Assembly: GCA_963745835.1 (NCBI GenBank)
Contig: CAVUZH010000003.1
Location: 352,001-416,000, forward strand
Length of the DNA: 64,000 nucleotides
Source of the DNA: an uncultured delta proteobacterium
GTDB lineage: Bacteria > Desulfobacterota > Binatia > UBA9968
Direction of reading: 5' to 3'
Below the pieces are notes generated by a model. The model searched no databases. It worked only from the letters and a program-made list of their open reading frames with translations, and was not told the origin of the DNA. The translations under genes were made by a program, and so were the position numbers. Below, piece by piece: positions 10,691 to 18,267 of the stretch; positions within the stretch are counted from its first letter, which is position 1, and each line of letters starts with the position of its first letter.

Positions 10691-11269
10691 GGGCAAATGG
10701 ATATCACCCTGCCGATGAGACAACAGCCCATCTGAAATCGACATTCCTGCGAAGAATCCAAATGCTCATTCTCCAGTTCTTCAATGGGGACAAGAAGCAA
10801 GCAGAGATAATAGGGGAGGAGCTGTTCAAGATCTCAGAGGAGTTAAAGCCGAAGTCCCGGCCAATTCCTGAAGCCTTCAGGAAATTGTCTAAGCTCGAAC
10901 TATTCTGCAAGGCAATCCAAGCGCACGGACGGGAGGCAACCGGAACTCACTCCCGTCGAGGCTGATAATCCCGGCGCATTTCGTTTCGCCGAATGGCAGA
11001 GGAAATTTGGAGGTTTGCCGCACAGTTCCGGCTATACGAAATTCCCGAGCTTCACCGAAGGTTACGCGGCGCTTCGAGCTTTTCTCAGAACCGCCTGTAC
11101 GGTTTACGGCAAGACTTACAATCCGACAATGACGCTCTATCAGTTCTTCGCTAAATACGCGCCTGATAGCGATCAAGGACCCGGACTCGCGAAATCGAAA
11201 CAGTACGCGGAATACGTAGCGGAGAGAATAGGAGTACCCCCAAGTACGCAGTTAAGAAGTTTAGCGTAA
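10690..11269 (+). pseudogene. 5'-truncated, frameshifted phage-type cell-wall hydrolase/lysozyme-like gene (NNPGN-type)
   Basis: ORFs 10654..10965 and 11015..11269 join across indels near 10925-10965: KLELFCKAIQAH..., DNPGAFRFAEWQ...YTKFPSFTEGYAALR...TLYQFFAKYAPDSD...YAEYVAERIGV. Confidence 0.6.
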
Positions 11270-11304
11270 AGGTCAAACAATTTATCGGCCAACAAAATGA
11301 TTAA

Positions 11305-11478
11305 ATGACAGCATCAAAAGCTTGGGCAGCACTGGTTACGACCTTTGTGATGCCCTATCTGGCGCAGTACGGTATCGTCCCCGAGACGACCCTTGAACAG
11401 TTTCTAGTGATCATCGGAGGAGCCGCTATCAGCGCACTAATCGTCTACTTCGTCCCGAACAAGCCAGTAACCGAATAA
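11305..11478 (+). CDS. Holin-like two-TM protein (57 aa)
   Basis: Manual translation MTASKAWAALVTTFVMPYLAQYGIVPETTLEQFLVIIGGAAISALIVYFVPNKPVTE; follows the lysin-like gene; the VYxVPNK tail resembles phage holins. Confidence 0.6.
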   Translation: MTASKAWAALVTTFVMPYLAQYGIVPETTLEQFLVIIGGAAISALIVYFVPNKPVTE

Positions 11479-11480
11479 CC

Positions 11481-11567
11481 ATGCGCCGCCTTGTGCGCCC
11501 AGTATTCTGGATTTCGCTATACCTGTATGTTCTGTTGCGCCCGGCCGTCGAATATCTAGGCCGCTAA
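11481..11567 (+). CDS. 28-aa hydrophobic peptide
   Basis: MRRLVRPVFWISLYLYVLLRPAVEYLGR; starts 2 bp after the holin-like stop and precedes the terminator. Confidence 0.35.
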   Translation: MRRLVRPVFWISLYLYVLLRPAVEYLGR

Positions 11568-11581
11568 TTTTCGGTCAAAGG

Positions 11582-11618
11582 TTATACAAAAGAGCCCTTC
11601 AGGGGCTTTTTTGTATAA
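11582..11618. terminator. Bidirectional rho-independent terminator
   Basis: ttatacaaaagagccc-ttca-ggggctttttt-gtataa hairpin with A and T tracts between convergent genes. Confidence 0.8.
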
Positions 11619-11872
11619 GAACGCATCGGAGACTCAGCTCGCGATGCCTTGCTATGACCGTTCTCTATCCAGTTTTTTCCGGCTTCCAGTCCGGCTTGCT
11701 CTGCGTCTTCGAACCGGTTGAATAGCTCGGGCGATCCCGTGAGAAAACGGACTCCACGAGTGTTTCCAATTTGGGGCCAGTTGACGGACGCACTGGATTT
11801 CCACTTTCCAGTATTCTCATCGTAAACGGGCGTACTGACGATGGTGTGGTGGTGATACGTTATGACGGCCAT
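11582..11872 (-). CDS. Small hypothetical protein, paralogue 1
   Basis: YHHHTIVSTPVYDENTGKWK...FEDAEQAGLEAGKNWIE; clearly homologous to 12092..12325. Confidence 0.75.
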   Translation of the reverse strand: MAVITYHHHTIVSTPVYDENTGKWKSSASVNWPQIGNTRGVRFLTGSPELFNRFEDAEQAGLEAGKNWIENGHSKASRAESPMRSYTKKPLKGSFV

Positions 11873-11999
11873 AGGGAGCCTCCCGATGCGGGTCCCGGCC
11901 TAGAGCTGGGCCCGTATGGACGAAATACCGTTAAAACGCCAAAAGAAGGATCAACTTACCCTAAAGGGATTTCAGAGTAAACAAAAAAGGGAACGCTTT

Positions 12000-12024
12000 T
12001 GACAGCCTAAATTATAGGCTGACA
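12000..12024. promoter_or_regulatory. Operator-like inverted repeat
   Basis: tgacagccta-aatta-taggctgaca (9/10 symmetric) upstream of paralogue 1. Confidence 0.35.
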
Positions 12025-12091
12025 GCTGAGAGCCACGCCCAGAGCGGAGCGGAGCAAATTCAACAGCGACGGATGAACAGGTTGTAAACAG

Positions 12092-12325
12092 CTAGGTCAG
12101 AACTGACGAGGATAGCTTCTTATCAACCCAAGTCTTTGAGTGCTCAAGGCCAGCTATTTCTGCCTCTTCAACGCGAGAGAATTCCTCTGGGGAGTCCCTG
12201 AGAAAATAGATGTGGTCACCGCTTGCTTGCCAGCTAATGCAAGCGCTTAATTTCCACTTTCCAGTCTCAACATCATAAACAGCAGTCGAGACGATAGTAT
12301 GATCTCGGTAAAGAACGTAGGCCAT
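12092..12325 (-). CDS. Small hypothetical protein, paralogue 2
   Basis: MAYVLYRDHTIVSTAVYDVETGKWK...FSRVEEAEIAGLEHSKTWVD. Confidence 0.75.
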   Translation of the reverse strand: MAYVLYRDHTIVSTAVYDVETGKWKLSACISWQASGDHIYFLRDSPEEFSRVEEAEIAGLEHSKTWVDKKLSSSVLT

Positions 12326-12437
12326 CGAGATAGGACACGAATTGTCTGCTGACGCGGGAAATATGTCAACTCGCATGTGCAGGTTGTGTGCCTGTACCGG
12401 CATGGAGGTTTCCGATTATACTGAAAGAAAGTCTTCA

Positions 12438-12689
12438 ATGAGATTAACCCAAGACAACGAATTAAGAACCGGCCCCGACATGGACCGATATGTGGTTCAT
12501 CTGCTAAAGGAAATGCAAGGCAATCTGTGCGCGCGCATTGATTGTATGGAATTACTCACTAACGGCTATCAGATCGCTCATAAGAAATATGGTGAAGACA
12601 TAACCATCTATGACTTGGAGCTTCTTTGTCCGGCTTGCCACGCGAAAGATCATAATCTTAAGAGCTGTAGGGGATTATTGAGGTATTGA
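12438..12689 (+). CDS. Small HNH endonuclease-like protein
   Basis: CARIDC...QIAHKKY...DLELLCPACHAKDH, a Zn-binding HNH pattern. Confidence 0.65.
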   Translation: MRLTQDNELRTGPDMDRYVVHLLKEMQGNLCARIDCMELLTNGYQIAHKKYGEDITIYDLELLCPACHAKDHNLKSCRGLLRY

Positions 12690-12736
12690 AATTGAAGTTG
12701 TGCGGCGTGTCGCACCATGCAGGTTCTGCGACGCGG

Positions 12737-13230
12737 TTAAGGCTTATCGTTTTTAGGTACTGGAAGGAGAGCCTGATAGAACATGATGAATTCATCAGTC
12801 AGTTGTCGAATATTCACTGCAAAATCATTTAGCATCTTTTCATCGTAAACTTCTGCATTAAAATAAAAGGCCATGTTTAACTTGCGTCGTAATTTTAAGT
12901 CTTTTTATAGTACCAGGTATCTCGCCCGCTGCCCAAAATGAATGCGTTATGTTATTTCTCTCTTCTTCGATTGTAGTCGCTCTTTTCATAAACGCTTTCA
13001 ATTTCAGATAGTCCGAGTTTTCACCGTATTGTTCCTTGTGCAACGCAAGTATAGCCACTCTCAGGCGTGTGAATGAAAGCTGGCTCGCGAGGATGTGCCC
13101 GATTCGTGCAGTTTGGTCCACCAAAAAATATAAAAACTGCTTGCATATGCAATTCAAGTGCTGCGAACGATACGGTCATGTCACCGTTTGGCGTGAGAAG
13201 ATGTCGAGGAACTGGATGTTCAAAGCTCAT
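12737..13230 (-). CDS. HEPN-like protein with RxxxxH motif; two homopolymer frameshifts (near 13125 and 12865)
   Basis: Joined frames give MSFEHPV...GDMTVSFAALE...ERNNITHSFW...YDEKMLNDFAVNIRQL...KP*; RNNITH is an R-x4-H motif. Confidence 0.55.
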
Positions 13231-13271
13231 AGGTAGCGTCTACAGTTTTTATCTGTATGGAGCCGCTAAAT

Positions 13272-13874
13272 CTAACGGCACCCAAGCTCTTCTTCCATAG
13301 CCTTATAACGCTCCACCAATGAGTTCTTCACCCGCTGTAATGGGACATTATCCCGCTCCAGGCATTCTTTGTATTGTAGCAGTATGGTCGGCATGGGTTT
13401 CCAATCACAGCATACAGTAAAGAAATAGCCCATATTGCGAAACTTGGCCACCTCCGGAATCGGTAAAGAGTTATAAATATGCAATACCAGTTCATCTATT
13501 CCCACCAATTCAGCAGTTGATGATCCGCCCGGCGCCCCATACGCAGAATTGTTGGGGTATCTGTTAAGATAATGCCATTCGAGGCGTTTCAGAACGTCAT
13601 TGAACTGTGTCGCATTGAAGCAGGGCGTTACCTTCGAAGCGGCGGCTGCGGCGTCTCTGATGTGATGGCCGTACTTTTTCTTATGAGAGGGGGTTGCGTA
13701 CAACAGAAGGCCCTTAAGATATTTTTCCACGGCTTCTGCTCCAAGGCGAAAACCGGGGAAAAAACCATTCAACAAAGAAGATCGGCATGCTATGTAATCA
13801 TCGGTGGCGTATCGTACGAATTCCGCAGCCTCCGAATTGGCCCTGCTAAATTCAATGAGTTCGGTCGCGTTCAT
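13272..13874 (-). CDS. HEPN domain protein
   Basis: ATDDYIACR...GAEAVEKYLKGLL...GHHI...RYP, the classic HEPN helical pattern. Confidence 0.65.
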   Translation of the reverse strand: MNATELIEFSRANSEAAEFVRYATDDYIACRSSLLNGFFPGFRLGAEAVEKYLKGLLLYATPSHKKKYGHHIRDAAAAASKVTPCFNATQFNDVLKRLEWHYLNRYPNNSAYGAPGGSSTAELVGIDELVLHIYNSLPIPEVAKFRNMGYFFTVCCDWKPMPTILLQYKECLERDNVPLQRVKNSLVERYKAMEEELGCR

Positions 13875-13918
13875 CTGTGAAGTCCTTCCAATTCTATTGA
13901 TCTTTTATAGCACAAACT

Positions 13919-14338
13919 TTGTCCACTAGTCAGCTTGTCTGCCTGGCTTTAGACCGGAGGTATGAAATAATCATCAAAAGTAATCCGGAAATCGCCATAG
14001 AACTTGATTCGGATGAGGATGCACCAAAAGAAGTTATCGACATTGCGCCAAGGTCTGACATCAAAAGCGAACCCGAGAGAGAGCCGGAACCGATAGTAAA
14101 AGCCAAGCGCGGCAGACCTTCGAAAAGCGGCGCTCGATGCTCGAACTGCGGAGAGGCCGGACATAACAAAAAAACGTGTACCGAAAAGCTACCGTCCAAA
14201 AAACCATCAAAAGATGATGGCCCGTTCGACAACGATCTCGCAGATAAAATTGAAGGCATGAAAGAGGAAGGATTTTCAGCAGAGTATATTGCTGACGATC
14301 TTCGCCTTCCATTAGACATCGTTAAACGCTACTGGTAA
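13919..14338 (+). CDS. Phage-like nucleic-acid-binding protein with AT-hook, CCHC zinc knuckle and C-terminal HTH (probably 5'-truncated)
   Basis: KRGRPSK; CSNCGEAGHNKKTC (C-x2-C-x4-H-x4-C); GFSAEYIADDLRLPLDIVKRYW. Confidence 0.7.
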   Translation: MSTSQLVCLALDRRYEIIIKSNPEIAIELDSDEDAPKEVIDIAPRSDIKSEPEREPEPIVKAKRGRPSKSGARCSNCGEAGHNKKTCTEKLPSKKPSKDDGPFDNDLADKIEGMKEEGFSAEYIADDLRLPLDIVKRYW

Positions 14339-14481
14339 TGACCGAAGCAGAAATTCTCCGAACTCATCTCTCCAAAGCCGGGAAAGCTGGCAACACAGCC
14401 ATGCGCAAAAAGTACGCGCACAAGCTCAAAAAGTTTGCTTCTAAAGGTGGTAAGAATCGCTGGAAAAACCGCTCTAAATAA
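14338..14481 (+). CDS. 47-aa very basic KGG-like peptide
   Basis: TAATG stop/start overlap; MTEAEILRTHLSKAGKAGNTAMRKKYAHKLKKFASKGGKNRWKNRSK. Confidence 0.55.
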   Translation: MTEAEILRTHLSKAGKAGNTAMRKKYAHKLKKFASKGGKNRWKNRSK

Positions 14482-14491
14482 CGCCTATTCG

Positions 14492-14500
14492 TTATCCACA
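14492..14500 (+). promoter_or_regulatory. Perfect DnaA-box motif TTATCCACA (near matches at 14951, 14962 and 15557)
   Basis: Exact consensus in intergenic DNA. Confidence 0.45.
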
Positions 14501-14762
14501 GGTAAATAGATCAACACCCGAGCTAATTCTTTCCTATCATTAAAGAGTAGAGATACTCCGGTTGGACTTCTCTTACAGGCCGGAAAATCAACTTCAAACG
14601 GATGCGCGGTAGGCGAGATGGCGGAGTTTATAACGCGAGTGATCGCGGAAGCAGGGGAGATGGGAATCAATATTCCGCCAGCTTCGTTTTATCATCAGAC
14701 GCATGGTTGAATCGTAAATTGGCGTGTGCTTAAAATTTTCTCAGGAAAGGAGGTGAACTAAG

Positions 14763-14945
14763 ATGAAAAAAGTCGTATCACTATCGGCGGTCGCCGTCTT
14801 TGCTTTTGCCATGACGTTAGCAGGCTGTGACAAAAAAGATGAAGAGCCAGTTCCGCCGGCACCACCACCAGGCGCGCTCAAACCAGGTGAAACACCACCG
14901 CCTCCGGCTACAGCACCTCAGAAAGACGAGTCGAAGACCAAGTAA
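14763..14945 (+). CDS. Small proline-rich lipoprotein (60 aa)
   Basis: Strong RBS AAAGGAGGTGA, signal peptide with LAGC lipobox, Pro-rich mature part. Confidence 0.8.
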   Translation: MKKVVSLSAVAVFAFAMTLAGCDKKDEEPVPPAPPPGALKPGETPPPPATAPQKDESKTK

Positions 14946-14977
14946 GTAAGTTATCCACCAGTTTCCCACAGAAAAGC

Positions 14978-15013
14978 GAAAATCCGAGCTTGCTGAAGCG
15001 GGCTCGGATTTTC
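14978..15013. terminator. Rho-independent terminator
   Basis: gaaaatccgagcttgc-tgaa-gcgggctcggattttc hairpin after the lipoprotein gene. Confidence 0.75.
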
Positions 15014-15529
15014 TATCATATGATTATGCAAAGTTTTACAGCTTCATTTTCATATGTACCTGTAAATCCGTCAAGTGGACATCCGCTTGGCGTTTTTTGC
15101 GCTTAAAAACCAGTAATAACGGCGTTTAAGGGAAGGCCAAAGAAAACTTCTCTTCAACTGAAACCGACAGACCGAGACTCTGTCCGTCCTTCTTTCTTTT
15201 TTAATCGTGGCGCGGCGTTTAGAAAATGAAGAAGGGCAGACATTCCCTCCCGACGACCAGAATCAAATATGGAAGCACACGTAAAAAAGCTGGAGGGCCT
15301 ATGTTGCAAACACAAAAGATTCACAACAGAGCATCCGGACGCAATCACTCTCACCGGAGGCTTATGAGAACATGCCGGTGCAGATAAACTTGAACGATCC
15401 CTCAATTTGAATGTTTTAGTAGGGAAACATGTTGACAGCCAATTTCCTCCTGGATATCAATTGGTGATCTACGTTGGCGAGATTGTTTGACGCCCTTGGT
15501 CTACCAACCTACAAGGGGGATGACTCTTT

Positions 15530-15872
15530 ATGAAAGGGAGATAAGTGTTGGAGACTTTATCCACCAAGTTAAAGAGGAACTTGTTGCGGCTCAGAAGCCA
15601 GAGGAGAAGCCGTTTTACGCGCTAACTGAAGTACACTTGAGGTAAGCTTTGTTCTTGATGTTACCGGGAAGGCAGGAATCAACCTTTACGTGGCTGATTT
15701 GGGGACTGAAACCAAGGCTGAGCAAACACACAAAGTCACTTTAAAATTTATTCCGATCCAAGCAGAAACAATTGTTGAACACAAGCTTATGAAAGGTGGC
15801 GGAGGAGACAGTGGACTAATTGGTGTTGGTGGTCGTTTCAAACCCGTTCCCTATCGACCCCAGAACGAGTAA
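15530..15872 (+). CDS. Trypco2-like (trypsin co-occurring domain 2) protein, frameshifted
   Basis: Joined frames give ISVGDFIHQVKEELVAAQ...FYALTEVHL(E)VSFVLDVTGKAGINLYVADLG...EQTHKVTLKFIP; indels near 15537 and 15640. Confidence 0.6.
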
Positions 15873-15955
15873 GGATCTTGGTTGGAACACAATGTAGCCG
15901 GTATACCAGAATCTGACCAGCTACACTGGATGTAATACAGGTTTTGAGTGGCGAA

Positions 15956-16180
15956 TTATCTTCCCAAGTCTGGTTTCCCGTCATCAATCCATTTTTTACC
16001 AGCTTCTATTCCCCAGGATTCCGCTTCAGCCTTCGATGCGAATCCGTCCAATGGCCCTTCAAATCTCCGATTCTTGTCCCCGGTCGCTTCCGGATACAAT
16101 ACGTTAATCTCAACATCCCACCGATCGCTATCCGGCTTCTCGCGACTAACCGCCTGAATTCTGTGCCCGTGATAGCTCAT
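15956..16180 (-). CDS. Small hypothetical protein, paralogue 3 (diverged)
   Basis: SYHGHRI...RWDVEI...FASKAEAESWGIEAGKKWID, the same pattern as paralogues 1 and 2. Confidence 0.7.
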   Translation of the reverse strand: MSYHGHRIQAVSREKPDSDRWDVEINVLYPEATGDKNRRFEGPLDGFASKAEAESWGIEAGKKWIDDGKPDLGR

Positions 16181-16269
16181 CTCCACTGTCTGCCTCCCAG
16201 GAAGCGTATCATCCGTACAATCAGCCCTATGACCGCAACAACAAACATGACCCCAAGAAATTCGACCAT
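16177..16269 (-). CDS. 30-aa single-TM peptide coupled to paralogue 3
   Basis: MVEFLGVMFVVAVIGLIVRMIRFLGGRQWR; ATGA overlap with the next gene. Confidence 0.4.
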   Translation of the reverse strand: MVEFLGVMFVVAVIGLIVRMIRFLGGRQWR

Positions 16270-16336
16270 TCAGCGTGTTCCTTGATTAACGAAAAGTGGT
16301 TGCTAGTTTAATCGAGTAGTCCGCACACTGGCAACA

Positions 16337-16404
16337 AGAAAAATCTAATTTGTTGTAGCAAAGCGATTATGTCAGGGATTAATGGCAACGTGATTACGTC
16401 AAGT
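16337..16404 (+). mobile_element. Transposon-end-like repeat, copy 2 (TGT at 16354)
   Basis: TGTAGCAAAGCGATTATGTCAGGGATTAATGGCAACGTGATTACGTCA, a direct repeat of 10639-10686. Confidence 0.7.
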
Positions 16405-17120
16405 GAAACACCAGAAGCAAATGTGTCCAGCAAGACGGCAACTATAAGCGAGCGAGAAGATGTTTGAGTCAACTCGATATAATCATTCATAAGCGCAAGC
16501 CAGGGGGTCAAACTGAAAAATTAGAATCATTTAGAATCTTCGATCTCCTCTTTGATTTACAATCGATCTACGCAACGCAATCATGCTGTGGTGGGCTAAC
16601 TTTCGGAGCAAGTCAAATTTGATCTAAAACTTGGAAATAGGGGAAAGATGTTCCCTGTTGATTGGAATAAGAGCCTGTCGTCGAGTGCAAAACGCTTGTT
16701 TGACAATGTATTTGAGAGAGCATAGTACGTTGATCTTTAAGAGTCTGCGTCGGATACCAGCAAAGTCGTGGCGCGAAGTTCGATAGGATAGCGAACTGCT
16801 CCAAAACGGCTCGCGAAAGGGTCGTAGCGATTTATGAGCTCTTAATCAGTCAGCTCGCCCAGGATGGCTCTGTAAACGAGACAAACACTGCACGGAGTCA
16901 TCGACGAACAATTGGTCGAGGCCAAGATCACGGAAGTACCTCTACCGCGTGTGACCGACTCTGCTCCCGCTCTATCAGCTATTAAAAGCGGCGTTCTTCC
17001 TGCGGTTTTCGCGGTTACTTAGTAGCGCGTGTTATAGATGAATTCTCTCTCTGCCGGTAAAGATCAATCGAGAACAGGCTAAACATCGCGCGCAGATCTC
17101 GAGTTGGGCTCAAGCACATT

Positions 17121-18083
17121 ATGAAAAAACATCCGTTGATCGTTTGCTTTGTGCTCGCAATCCTCGCCCTAGCAACGCAGGGGAGCGCGCAACAAAAAAT
17201 CGCCGTGAGCTATCCGGGCATCGCTGGTTACAATATTCCCTTCTGGGTGACGCTGGATACGGCCGAATTTAAAAAAGCCGGACTGGAAGTCGATCCGGTC
17301 TTGATTTCGGGCGGTTCGAAGAGCATGCAAGCGTTGTTATCCGGTGGTCTCGATTTCGCTCACGTGAGCGGCGGTGTTTCCGTCCAAGCCAGTCTCAGTG
17401 GGGCTGATGTGGTGATTATCGGCACCGGTTCGAATTCGATGTCTGCCGGCGTCATTGCCGTGAAGGAGATCAAGAGCTACCAAGACCTCAAAGGCAAAAG
17501 GGTCGGTATTGCCAGCTTCGGCGGCAACAACGACATCGGCCTTCGCTTCGCGTTCAACAAGAACGGCATCAACCCGGATAAAGACGTGACGTTCCTGCAG
17601 TTAGGCGGCGAGCGCAACCGCCTGACGGCGCTGGAGCGCGGCGCCATCTCCGCGACGATCATTTCGCCGCCCGGCTTGTTCGTCGCCGAAGCGCAAGGCT
17701 ACACCCGATTGGGCGACTTGAACGCCATGGGCATGCGCTACCCTGAGTTGTCGATCGTCGCGCGCAAACGCGACTTGAAGGAACGTCGTGACGTCATTCG
17801 GCGTTATCTGCGCGCATATCTCGAAGGCGTGCGTATCATGAAAACCAATCGCGAAGTTACGGTGGGGCTGATCGAAAAGTACATTCACGTCGGCTCCAAA
17901 GCAGAGGCGATCAAAACCTATGATTATTTCGCCAAAAGTATTTCCGATACATTGCGCACCGGGCGGGAGGGCATCACCGAGTTCCTTGCCACCCTGGAGC
18001 CGAAGAATCCGGGCGCTTCCAAGCGCAGTCCCAACGATTTTATCGACGAGTCTGTGCTGGAAGAGGTTTTGAAAACCCGCTAA
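17121..18083 (+). CDS. NitT/TauT-family ABC substrate-binding protein
   Basis: Signal peptide, DLKGKRVGIASFGG, GINPDKDVTF. Confidence 0.9.
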   Translation: MKKHPLIVCFVLAILALATQGSAQQKIAVSYPGIAGYNIPFWVTLDTAEFKKAGLEVDPVLISGGSKSMQALLSGGLDFAHVSGGVSVQASLSGADVVIIGTGSNSMSAGVIAVKEIKSYQDLKGKRVGIASFGGNNDIGLRFAFNKNGINPDKDVTFLQLGGERNRLTALERGAISATIISPPGLFVAEAQGYTRLGDLNAMGMRYPELSIVARKRDLKERRDVIRRYLRAYLEGVRIMKTNREVTVGLIEKYIHVGSKAEAIKTYDYFAKSISDTLRTGREGITEFLATLEPKNPGASKRSPNDFIDESVLEEVLKTR

Positions 18084-18267
18084 GCACTTTAGGCGGTAAT
18101 GGTGTTGTTTGACGGACTCCTTCCGCTTTGGCACGCAAAGGTTTTCGGACGGGTGAAGGGTTCGGTGGCAGAGCTTCTGCGGATTCCCGCCTTTCGGGCT
18201 TGCCCCGTCAAACGTGAAAGAAAGACCAACAGGCGCCGGTGTCTTAGCCTTAAAACGGAGGAAGTGA

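Noticed and set aside
14492-14970. Chromosomal oriC
   Set aside because: Too few and too dispersed DnaA boxes, no dnaA/dnaN/gidA context, and located inside foreign-looking DNA.
10690-16300. Intact prophage
   Set aside because: No integrase, terminase, capsid, tail or replication genes; only fragments.
10622-16404. The two direct repeats as a CRISPR array or canonical dif site
   Set aside because: There are only two copies 5.7 kb apart and no cas genes. TTATGTCA resembles a XerD arm, but there is no matching XerC arm ending in ATAA.
16825-16870. tRNA-Lys gene
   Set aside because: Only an anticodon-loop-like 11-mer; no D arm, T arm or acceptor stem.
18125-18150. Sigma-54 promoter at TGGCAC
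   Set aside because: The -12 TTGC element is missing at the required spacing.
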